Below are positions 30,011 through 38,196 of a stretch of 64,000 bases of DNA, piece after piece; position 1 is the first letter of the stretch, and every line of letters starts with the position of its first letter. The notes beneath the pieces were generated by a model. It worked only from the letters and a program-made list of their open reading frames with translations, was not told the origin of the DNA and did no database searches. The position numbers and the translations under genes are program-made. This DNA comes from Endomicrobiia bacterium. Its GTDB lineage: Bacteria > Elusimicrobiota > Endomicrobiia > DTEH01. The stretch covers positions 1 to 64,000 of the forward strand of contig JBCNUU010000005.1 in NCBI GenBank assembly GCA_039630545.1. Reading direction: 5' to 3'.

Positions 30011-30950
30011 AGTTTTTTTGTTTTTCTGCAAGGATTAATTTTATAAATTTTATACCTTCTTTTAGACTGTTAAAATCTTCTTTACCATGAACTTCTAAAA
30101 TATATATTTTGTCTTCATGATATTCAAGTAATTGATTAAAATCAATTTCCCCCTTTATAGGACTACGATGATCATGGAAATTTAAGATGTTATGAATGTG
30201 ATAACCTATTAGTTCTTTATTGTATACTTTAAAATACTTCTTGTGTGTTTCAACAAACCCAAGTTTTATTTGCACTTCTGCATGTCCAAAGTCATGCCAG
30301 TAGTATAGATATTTACTTTTGTAATACTGTAAAATTTCTTTTATTTCTTCAAAATTTGGTATTTCATGAGGAAAAAATCTTGTTTCCATGGCTAGAAATA
30401 CTTTTTTTTCTTCAGCATAAGGAATAATTTGATCTAACGAATCATATAAAAGTTCGAAGTATTTTTGTTTATTTGAGTTACGAGTAGTAAGCAGATCGGT
30501 TTTATATTTTGAAAACATTTGAGATTCAACACCAAATTCTACAGCAAATTTATAGAATTCAATCCCACTGGGTTGTGTGGGTATTTCACCTAAATGTAAA
30601 ATTACAACTTTTGCATTAAGATAATTTGCATAGTCTATTGTTCTTAAAGTATACTTTATGGCTAATTTTCTTTCATCTTCGTCTGTAGAAGTTAAAGAAA
30701 AAACATTAAAACCATATTTTCCATCAGGAATGTTTTCTACAGCAGGACAGAAATTATGAAGAGTTAGGATTTTTATTTCCTGGTTTTTTATATCTTCATA
30801 TATATCATTTACCCATTCCTTTGGTATGTCTGCATTTAATTCAAAGAAATTGACACCTAATTTTAATACATCCAATTTTAATTCCTTCCAAGAAATTTCT
30901 CTATTTATTATTTTTTTTGAAAAATAAGCAGTTGATATACCTAAATTCAT
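29997..30950 (-). CDS. Sugar phosphate isomerase/epimerase (xylose isomerase-like TIM barrel)
   Basis: LHNFCP, VILHLG, ETR...EIP, WHDFGH, HIHN...DH and LEVH motifs. Confidence 0.75.
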   Translation of the reverse strand: MNLGISTAYFSKKIINREISWKELKLDVLKLGVNFFELNADIPKEWVNDIYEDIKNQEIKILTLHNFCPAVENIPDGKYGFNVFSLTSTDEDERKLAIKYTLRTIDYANYLNAKVVILHLGEIPTQPSGIEFYKFAVEFGVESQMFSKYKTDLLTTRNSNKQKYFELLYDSLDQIIPYAEEKKVFLAMETRFFPHEIPNFEEIKEILQYYKSKYLYYWHDFGHAEVQIKLGFVETHKKYFKVYNKELIGYHIHNILNFHDHRSPIKGEIDFNQLLEYHEDKIYILEVHGKEDFNSLKEGIKFIKLILAEKQKNYERI

Positions 30951-30978
30951 ATGTTTTTAGGGATGTATATATTGGTTA

Positions 30979-31605
30979 TTAGTTTTTTTCTTCTATTTGT
31001 TGCTCTTCATTAGACTGAGAGTGCTTTTCATGTTTTACTTCTTCTGAAAAATTTTCAGTTTGCTTTGTCTCTTCAAAATTTTCTTCAACAAATTGTTCTA
31101 TAGGAGGTAAATCAGACAAAGAACTAAGGCCAAAGTATTTAAGAAACTCATTAGTTGTACCATAAAGCAAAGGTCTTCCTGGTACTTCTTTTCTTCCTAT
31201 AATTTTAATAAGTTTTCTTTCCAGAAGTGTTTCTATTACAGCTGTACAGTCAACACCTCGAGTTTCTTCTATTTCAGCTTTTGTAATGGGCTGTCTGTAT
31301 GCAATAATAGATAAAGTTTCAACTGCTGCTGGTGAAAGTCTTAGGAGAGTTCTATCTCTGTAAAGTCGGCGTACATATTCAGCGTATATGGGTTTTGTTG
31401 CCATCTGATAACCTTCTGCTATTTTTCTGATTTCTATTGCTGAATTTTTAAGATAATAAATTGTAAGCTCAGCAATTATTTCCTCTACCAACTCTTCGTT
31501 GACTTCTTGTTCACCTATAAGTTCTACAATCTTTTTGCTACTTAATGGCTTATCCGTAATAAATATCAATGTCTCTATAATTCCTTTTAGAAAATCTCTT
31601 TCCAT
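30979..31605 (-). CDS. scpB: SMC-Scp complex subunit ScpB
   Basis: IETLIF, LSPAAVETLSIIAYRQP, RGVD and GRPLLYGTT..FL..FGL motifs. Confidence 0.95.
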   Translation of the reverse strand: MERDFLKGIIETLIFITDKPLSSKKIVELIGEQEVNEELVEEIIAELTIYYLKNSAIEIRKIAEGYQMATKPIYAEYVRRLYRDRTLLRLSPAAVETLSIIAYRQPITKAEIEETRGVDCTAVIETLLERKLIKIIGRKEVPGRPLLYGTTNEFLKYFGLSSLSDLPPIEQFVEENFEETKQTENFSEEVKHEKHSQSNEEQQIEEKN

Positions 31606-31619
31606 AATAAAAATTACTT

Positions 31620-32570
31620 CTATTTTTTAAGAATATCTTTTAAAAATTTAATTGTATCTGGATGAGCTACAACTACAATATCACATCCAGCTTGTAAGTA
31701 CCCCAACGAAGTAGATATTTCCCAAATTTTTGCTCTCTCTTTTGTATCTTTTCCCCAGTTTGGCTCTTCCTCAGGAGTTGCTTTAGCTTCTTTTGTTTTC
31801 CATGTTTCTTCAGCAATTAAGTTTATTACAGGTGTTGCCATTACTTTATCACCCTGTAAGCCAGCAAGGCGACATCTTTCAATAATTGAATATGAGTATT
31901 CAAAACCATATCCCAGTCCTCCCGTAGTATGATGCATTACAATTCTGTCAAGTGGTATGCCTGTATCGTTAATCAAAATATTGAGTTGCTTAGCTAAGTT
32001 TATATCTAATGGCGTTTCTGCTATTATTGAGTGTCCACAAGAAAATGCAGATAAAGAAATTGTTTTGTAATTTTCTTTTACAGCCATACCCACAAGTATT
32101 TTTTCGTTTTTTGTCAATTCGCATACTAAAGGTAGAATTTCCATGTCTTTTTCTATATGATTACAACCTAAAATTATTAAAGGTAATTGAGTTGTGTTTA
32201 AAACTTCTGGAATGAAGTTTATTAAATATTCTCTGGAGTTATTTTTTGTGTCAGGATGGCAAGAAAACAATCTTATGCATATAGCATCTGGTTCGGTTTT
32301 TTCTATTTCTTTTATCCATTTTAGAGGGTCTGTGACTATATCTTTAAATTCTTCATAAAATGTAGGCCATAGATCTTCAGGTAAATAATCCAGAACTTCA
32401 GCTGCTATTATGGGTTTGTTAGGAATGTTTCCTTCAAATTCTAGAAAAGGTAGAGTTTTTTGTCCTCCAACTTTGATGACTTTGTTGCGACTTCCTCCTT
32501 CTTCTTTTGTAGCACCAATTGTAACTGTGAATATTTCTGATGAGTACTTTTCTATCAAGTATTCCACCAT
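31620..32570 (-). CDS. acsD: Corrinoid iron-sulfur protein small subunit (CoFeSP delta)
   Basis: VGG..TLPFLEFEG, DINLAKQLN, GLGYGFEYSYS..ER.RLAGL.GD, KEA and WE motifs. Confidence 0.93.
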   Translation of the reverse strand: MVEYLIEKYSSEIFTVTIGATKEEGGSRNKVIKVGGQKTLPFLEFEGNIPNKPIIAAEVLDYLPEDLWPTFYEEFKDIVTDPLKWIKEIEKTEPDAICIRLFSCHPDTKNNSREYLINFIPEVLNTTQLPLIILGCNHIEKDMEILPLVCELTKNEKILVGMAVKENYKTISLSAFSCGHSIIAETPLDINLAKQLNILINDTGIPLDRIVMHHTTGGLGYGFEYSYSIIERCRLAGLQGDKVMATPVINLIAEETWKTKEAKATPEEEPNWGKDTKERAKIWEISTSLGYLQAGCDIVVVAHPDTIKFLKDILKK

Positions 32571-32592
32571 ACAATTTAAATTCTACTTTTTG

Positions 32593-33543
32593 TTAACTAA
32601 AAATTTTATATCCTTCTATATGAAACCCAAGTTGAATTTTTAATAGATGTAGTAAATTTTTTGCTAAAATGCAAGTTGTTACAGAACCTACTCCCCCCGG
32701 AACTGGTGTAATAAAAGATGCTTTCTTAGAAACATTTTCAAAATCAACATCTCCTACAATTTTAGTTTTTGGTTTACCTGATTTTTCATCAATGATTTCT
32801 TTACCATTTTCATCTAAAACTTTTATTTTATTTATCCCCACATCTATAACTACAGCTCCATCTTTTACCATATCAGCAGTAATAAAGTTTGGTTTTCCCA
32901 CTGCTACAATTAGAATTTCAGCACGTCTTGTGTGTTCTTGTAGATTTTTGGTTGCAATGTGGCATACAGTTGGAGTTGCTGAACTTAAAAGTGAAGACAG
33001 TAACATAAGCAAAATCGGTTTTCCAACTATTTCTGAATGGCCAACAATTACAGTTTCTTTACCTTTAAGTTCGATACCCGTTTCTTTTAAACATTCTATT
33101 ACTGATAGTGCAGTACACGGCGCAACAGTTAATGGTACTTCTGCATAAAAAAGTTTACCTAAGTTTTCTGCTGTAATTCCTTCTATGTCTTTGATTGGAG
33201 ATATTTTGTTTTGAAGATGTCTTTGATTAAGATGTTGTGGTAAAGGTAAATTTAACATTATAGCGTTAGTGGTAGGATCTAAATTGAGATTTGTTATTAA
33301 TTGTTCTATTTCTTGTTGAGTCGCATTTTCTTTAAGTTGGATAATTTCAATTTTTATTCCCAATTCTTCAAATATTTTGCATTGGTTGTTAACATATACT
33401 TTTGTTGCAGGATTTTCTCCTACAATTATAGAAGCTACTTTGGGAGTAAACTTAGATTTGTTTTTTATTTCTTCTATTCCAGATTTTACTTCTAATTTTA
33501 TTTTTTCTGCAATTTTTACTCCGTCTATAATTTTTGCTAGCAT
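32593..33543 (-). CDS. folD: Methylene-THF dehydrogenase FolD (probably monofunctional)
   Basis: PCT, G.S.IVGKP, VIDVGIN, GDVDF and TPVPGGVG motifs. Cyclohydrolase residues are substituted (Q54, N98). Confidence 0.93.
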   Translation of the reverse strand: MLAKIIDGVKIAEKIKLEVKSGIEEIKNKSKFTPKVASIIVGENPATKVYVNNQCKIFEELGIKIEIIQLKENATQQEIEQLITNLNLDPTTNAIMLNLPLPQHLNQRHLQNKISPIKDIEGITAENLGKLFYAEVPLTVAPCTALSVIECLKETGIELKGKETVIVGHSEIVGKPILLMLLSSLLSSATPTVCHIATKNLQEHTRRAEILIVAVGKPNFITADMVKDGAVVIDVGINKIKVLDENGKEIIDEKSGKPKTKIVGDVDFENVSKKASFITPVPGGVGSVTTCILAKNLLHLLKIQLGFHIEGYKIFS

Positions 33544-33577
33544 ATTTTTTCCTTAATTATTATTTTATTAAATTACC

Positions 33578-34444
33578 TTATTTTCTAGGCTCAACATGTA
33601 CGGTTATTTCTTTGATCTGTGGGTTAAAACTTTTTAATATCTTTTTTACTTCTTCGGCTATATTATGAGCTTCTTCTAAAGTTAAATCTTTGTCTACTTC
33701 TATTTCTGTTTCAATAAAAAAGTGTCTTCCAACTCGATGAATTCTTGTAGAATAAGAATTTTCTACACCATTTACAGAAGCTATTAGATTATCAATTTCA
33801 GTTTTCATTTTTTCAGATGGTAAAGTATCCATAATTATTAGCATATTTTCTTTCAATATATCTATGCCCATTTTAAAAATAAAAATAGAAATTATAATAC
33901 TTCCTATGGCATCCATTGCTAAAACTCCAGATTTTGTGGCGATTATTGCAAATAAAGCACCTACTGAAGAAAAAGCATCAGACCTGTGATGATATGCATT
34001 TGCTGTTATTACAGGTGAATTTAATTTTTTGCCTACCAGAAATGTGTATCTGAAAAGTAATTCTTTTACGATTATAGAAATGATGGCTGCATATATTGTT
34101 ATAGTTTTAGGAATGCTGTAGTGTTTATGGATTAATATATGTATTGCAGAGTAGCCAAGAAATATTCCTGTAATAAGAATCAAAAAAGAAACAAAAATTG
34201 CGGATATAACTTCTATATTACCATGACCATAAGGATGATTCTTGTCAGCCGGCTTTTGTGAAAGATGAAGTGATAAATATACAATTATCGTTGCTATTTC
34301 ATCAGATAGTGAATGAAGTGCATCGGCGATTAGTGTCTGACTTTTACCTAAAATTCCTACTAAAAACTTTCCAACAGTAAGAAAAAAATTAACTATTAAT
34401 CCTATTGTTGTGCAAGTCTTATCGTTAGAAAAATTTATTTTCAT
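33578..34444 (-). CDS. Cation diffusion facilitator family transporter (FieF-like)
   Basis: ADALHSLSD, HPYGHG, HHRSD and C-terminal HVEP motifs. Confidence 0.92.
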   Translation of the reverse strand: MKINFSNDKTCTTIGLIVNFFLTVGKFLVGILGKSQTLIADALHSLSDEIATIIVYLSLHLSQKPADKNHPYGHGNIEVISAIFVSFLILITGIFLGYSAIHILIHKHYSIPKTITIYAAIISIIVKELLFRYTFLVGKKLNSPVITANAYHHRSDAFSSVGALFAIIATKSGVLAMDAIGSIIISIFIFKMGIDILKENMLIIMDTLPSEKMKTEIDNLIASVNGVENSYSTRIHRVGRHFFIETEIEVDKDLTLEEAHNIAEEVKKILKSFNPQIKEITVHVEPRK

Positions 34445-34710
34445 CCAAGGTTGTATCTTTTTCTAATTGGTTCTTTTACATCCCATACACATTTAAGTCC
34501 CTTCGGGAAACTTACAAGATCACCTTTTTTAATTTCGTATTTCCCATTTTCCGTTTCAACAATTACTTTTCCCTCTAATATATAACAAGTTTCATCTTCA
34601 TCATATTCCCAATTAAACTTTGATATTTCACATTCCCATATTGGCCAGCTATTGACTTTTAGTTTTTCAAGTTCTTCTTTTGTAGGTTGTTTTATTTTTA
34701 TTTCTTTCAT
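34441..34710 (-). CDS. Small cupin domain protein (DUF861-like)
   Basis: WPIWECE.S.F.W.Y...ETCYILEG...GDLV.FPKG..C.W.V pattern. Confidence 0.88.
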   Translation of the reverse strand: MKEIKIKQPTKEELEKLKVNSWPIWECEISKFNWEYDEDETCYILEGKVIVETENGKYEIKKGDLVSFPKGLKCVWDVKEPIRKRYNLG

Positions 34711-34750
34711 AAAAATAACTCCTTTTAAAATGATTCCCCTATATTTAGAT

Positions 34751-36049
34751 TTATTTTCCTATTAGAAGATAAACAATAAAGATACTACTTAAAATCCACA
34801 TCGTTGGACTTATTTCTTTGAATTTACCGGAAAATATTTTTAATAAGGTGTAGCTTAAAATACCAAATATTAAACCGTTTGCTATACTATAAGTAAATGG
34901 CATTATAATCATGGTTAAAAATGCTGGAAGAACCTCAGTAATATCCTCAAAGTTTATTTTTAAAACAGGTTCAAGCATCATAAGTCCAACAATCACTAAA
35001 GCAGGAGCTGTTGCTTCCTTTGGTATAGCGCTAGCTAATGGCCAGAAAAATAAGGATAACAAAAATAAAATGCCTACAGTAACAGCAGTAACACCTGTTT
35101 TCCCACCTTCTGAGATACCAGCAGCACTTTCTATGTAAGTAGTCACAGTTGAAGTGCCAAATATAGCACCTAACATTGTAGCTATAGAGTCACATATTAA
35201 AACTCGTCCTACTCTTGGGAAACTTCCATCTTTTTGTATTATTCCAAGTTTTGCAGCAAGCCCAACAATTGTTCCTAAAGTATCAAACATATCTACAAAG
35301 GTAAATGTAAAAATTACAGCTATAAGTCCGAGTTTTATTGCTTCCAGAATTTTAAGTTTAAATAAAGTGTAAGAAAATACTTCTAAAGAAGGAAATGCTA
35401 AAAATTTCTCTGGTAATTTCGTAAGTTTACTTCCATCAGGTAGTTTTATAAATATTCCTATAAAAGTAAGAATAAGTATTGTCCATAAAAGTGCTCCTTT
35501 TACTTTCTTTGCTATTAAAAATCCTGCTAAAAGTATACCCAAAGTTGCTAGCATTACTGAACCTAATTTTATATCACCAAAAGTTATCATGGTATCCTTA
35601 GAAGCTACCACAATTCCTGCATGTTGAAGTCCTATTAGTGCTATAAACAGACCAATTCCAGCACTCACAGCATATTTAAGATTTAAAGGAATACCTTTTA
35701 CAATTTCTTGTCTTACAGGAAGAACAGAAAGAATAAAAAACAAAGCTCCGTCTAAAAAAACAGCTCCTAAAGCCACCTCCCATGGTAATTTCATGCCAAT
35801 ACATACACTATATGCAAAATATGCATTTAATCCCATACCTGGTGCTAAAGCAAACGGATGCTTTGCATAAAGTCCCATAAGTATACAGGCTAACCCACTG
35901 GACAACGCAGTTGCCATCATTACGGCGTGTCTGTCCATTCCGCAGTCAAAAAGGATAGCAGAGTTGACAAATAAAATATATGACATGGTCATAAAAGTAG
36001 TTACACCTGCGATTATTTCTGTTTTTAGTTGTTCTGTTATTATTTTCAT
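34751..36049 (-). CDS. NCS2/AzgA family purine permease
   Basis: AGVTTFMTMSYI, APGMGLNAYF, FDTLGT, TTYIESAAG and PFTYSIANG motifs. Confidence 0.93.
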   Translation of the reverse strand: MKIITEQLKTEIIAGVTTFMTMSYILFVNSAILFDCGMDRHAVMMATALSSGLACILMGLYAKHPFALAPGMGLNAYFAYSVCIGMKLPWEVALGAVFLDGALFFILSVLPVRQEIVKGIPLNLKYAVSAGIGLFIALIGLQHAGIVVASKDTMITFGDIKLGSVMLATLGILLAGFLIAKKVKGALLWTILILTFIGIFIKLPDGSKLTKLPEKFLAFPSLEVFSYTLFKLKILEAIKLGLIAVIFTFTFVDMFDTLGTIVGLAAKLGIIQKDGSFPRVGRVLICDSIATMLGAIFGTSTVTTYIESAAGISEGGKTGVTAVTVGILFLLSLFFWPLASAIPKEATAPALVIVGLMMLEPVLKINFEDITEVLPAFLTMIIMPFTYSIANGLIFGILSYTLLKIFSGKFKEISPTMWILSSIFIVYLLIGK

Positions 36050-36675
36050 ATCTTTATTTTTTGTAAAACTTTTTTTGTGATTATTTTTGCGTCGGTTATT
36101 ATTCTTTTAATTTGTTTTTTCTTTTCAACTACAAAAGATGTTTTCGGAAGATTTTTTAGGTTAATTACCACATTATACTTTGCAGCCTGTATTCCTGCAA
36201 GTAAAAATATAACTCCACAAGCAATGTCTGTTATTAAATTTTGATTTCCTATTTTTAGTAATCTTTCTGAATAGGAAATACATTTATGTGATAAATCCAT
36301 AACATCAAATGCAACTTTTGCTGCTTCTTCACATGCTAATTTTATTTGTTTGTTTCTTATTTCAATATCCAGTGGTGTATTTTTGGGCAGTTTATATGCT
36401 TTTGAGACTTCTAGGTAAGCTTGTACATCTTTGTCAACATATTGTTGAAGTTCTTTTTTAAGTTGATTTAGTTCTTCAATGATTTTTTTTATTTCCTGTT
36501 GGTGTTGTTCATAACCTTTTTTATTAACAGTAAAATTTGCCACCATTAAAAGACAACTAACTCCTGCAGATGCTACTAAAGCTGCAGCTGAACCACCGCC
36601 AGGTGCCGGAAGGTTGGATGCAAGGTCATTTAAGTAGTTTTCTATTGTATTAAGAATATATTGTGATTTTTCCAT
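36046..36675 (-). CDS. fchA: Methenyl-THF cyclohydrolase (cyclodeaminase/cyclohydrolase family)
   Basis: LAS..PAPGGGSAAA, D.D..AY, GN.NLITD and NV.INL motifs, next to metF. Confidence 0.88.
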   Translation of the reverse strand: MEKSQYILNTIENYLNDLASNLPAPGGGSAAALVASAGVSCLLMVANFTVNKKGYEQHQQEIKKIIEELNQLKKELQQYVDKDVQAYLEVSKAYKLPKNTPLDIEIRNKQIKLACEEAAKVAFDVMDLSHKCISYSERLLKIGNQNLITDIACGVIFLLAGIQAAKYNVVINLKNLPKTSFVVEKKKQIKRIITDAKIITKKVLQKIKI

Positions 36676-36687
36676 ATAAGTTTTTTT

Positions 36688-37572
36688 CTACAGTCCACAT
36701 AAATTCAGTAAATTAGGAACTTTATCATTCCACCCAAGTGGCATTATATGGATTCCGTTACAATATGATTTTATATCTTTTATTATTTTTGCTGCAATTT
36801 CTATACCTGTTTGTCCTGATTTTGTTTTTTCTTTGTCTTTTTTTAGTTCTTCAATTAGGTATTCTGGAACATTTACCCCTGCAAGATTTTCATTCATAAA
36901 TTTTGCCATGCCAGCAGATTTAAGGATGGTTATTCCAGCCATTATAGGTATTTCCCCAAAATTTTTTCTTACAATTTCCATAAACTTAATAAATTTATCC
37001 GGGTTAAATATAAGCTGAGTTTGAAAAAATTCAGCGCCTGCTTTTATTTTTTTTTCCATCTTAAATAATTGGGGGTCGAGTGGTTCTGCTTCTGGAGAAA
37101 CCACAGCACCTATACAGAAACTCGGAGGATCGCCTTCAAGTTTATTGCCAGCAATATCATATCCTTCCATTAAACGTTTTACTGTGTAAATTAATGATAC
37201 GCTATCTAAATCAAACACAGGTTTGGCATCTTTATGGTCACCTAATACTACATGATCTCCTGTAAGCAACAAAAGATTTTCTATTCCAAAATAGGCAGCG
37301 TTGAGAATATCTGATTGAAGAGCTAGTCTGTTTCTATCACGACAGGTAAGCTGATATATTGGCTCAAAGCCGTGTTGTTTAAGTGTAATACACATACCAA
37401 GAGAACCAAATTTCATAACTGAAGATTGGTTGTCTGTTACATTTATAGCATCAACTTTATCCTTTAGATATTTTTTTATCTCTTCAATTAGGTGCCCAAT
37501 TTGCCATCCTTTAGGGGGACCGATTTCAGAAGTGATTACAAATTTTTTCAAAAATAAATCTTTTAATTTCAT
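36688..37572 (-). CDS. metF: Methylene-THF reductase catalytic subunit
   Basis: EIGPPKG, NVTDNQ, QLTCRDRNRLALQSD, LTGDH, FDLDS and FFQTQ motifs. Confidence 0.94.
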   Translation of the reverse strand: MKLKDLFLKKFVITSEIGPPKGWQIGHLIEEIKKYLKDKVDAINVTDNQSSVMKFGSLGMCITLKQHGFEPIYQLTCRDRNRLALQSDILNAAYFGIENLLLLTGDHVVLGDHKDAKPVFDLDSVSLIYTVKRLMEGYDIAGNKLEGDPPSFCIGAVVSPEAEPLDPQLFKMEKKIKAGAEFFQTQLIFNPDKFIKFMEIVRKNFGEIPIMAGITILKSAGMAKFMNENLAGVNVPEYLIEELKKDKEKTKSGQTGIEIAAKIIKDIKSYCNGIHIMPLGWNDKVPNLLNLCGL

Positions 37573-37588
37573 TTGTGTTTATATTTTA

Positions 37589-38188
37589 TTATATAAAAAT
37601 TTGTTTATTAAGTAAATCTAATTTATTTAAATTTTTCAATTTTAAAATAATTTTCTCCCAGCCACAATCTTTTGTTTTGTCAACTTCACATTTTCCATTT
37701 TTTGCACCACCACATGGTCCGTTAAGTAAAGATTTAGAACAGCTTGTAATGGGACATATAGTGCCTGTGTAGTTAAGATAACAGCTGCCACACAAAGCAC
37801 AATCAAATTTTCCCTCATATGGAAGATTGTATCCCTTGTATCCTGTAAGATAAAAAGTATTACAAATCCCAAATACTTTCTTTTCAGATACTAAAGAAGA
37901 TAAAGTTGCCACACCTATGCCGCATGAAAATATAATTAAAGCATCCTGGTTTTCTATTTCTTTAGATAGAAAAGATAGGTATTTGTTTACATAATCTATG
38001 TTACATATATAATCTAAAATTTCCACAGTAACTTTATGCTTTTTTTCCAAGATTTTAGAGTAATTCAGAGCATCTTTAATTGAAACATATACCTCATTGC
38101 AACCATTACATATAAGATAAAACAATTTTTCGTAAGGCTGAACAATATCTAAAATTTCTTTTTCCGGTTTAGGTTTTGTTATAAACAT
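37589..38188 (-). CDS. metV: MTHFR small Fe-S subunit MetV
   Basis: CxGC, SCGIG, CxxCGxC..TGxICP..CSKSLLNGPCGG...CE...CGW motifs. Confidence 0.9.
   Translation of the reverse strand: MFITKPKPEKEILDIVQPYEKLFYLICNGCNEVYVSIKDALNYSKILEKKHKVTVEILDYICNIDYVNKYLSFLSKEIENQDALIIFSCGIGVATLSSLVSEKKVFGICNTFYLTGYKGYNLPYEGKFDCALCGSCYLNYTGTICPITSCSKSLLNGPCGGAKNGKCEVDKTKDCGWEKIILKLKNLNKLDLLNKQIFI
37649..37741. repeat. 93-bp perfect direct repeat, copy 1 (in metV)
   Basis: Identical base for base to 39616-39708. Confidence 0.93.
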
Positions 38189-38196
38189 AGTTAGTT

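Noticed and set aside
32669..33148. 159-aa plus-strand ORF, and the many other 60-120 aa antisense ORFs in the track
   Set aside because: Antisense shadows of well-supported genes, with no SD or family motifs.
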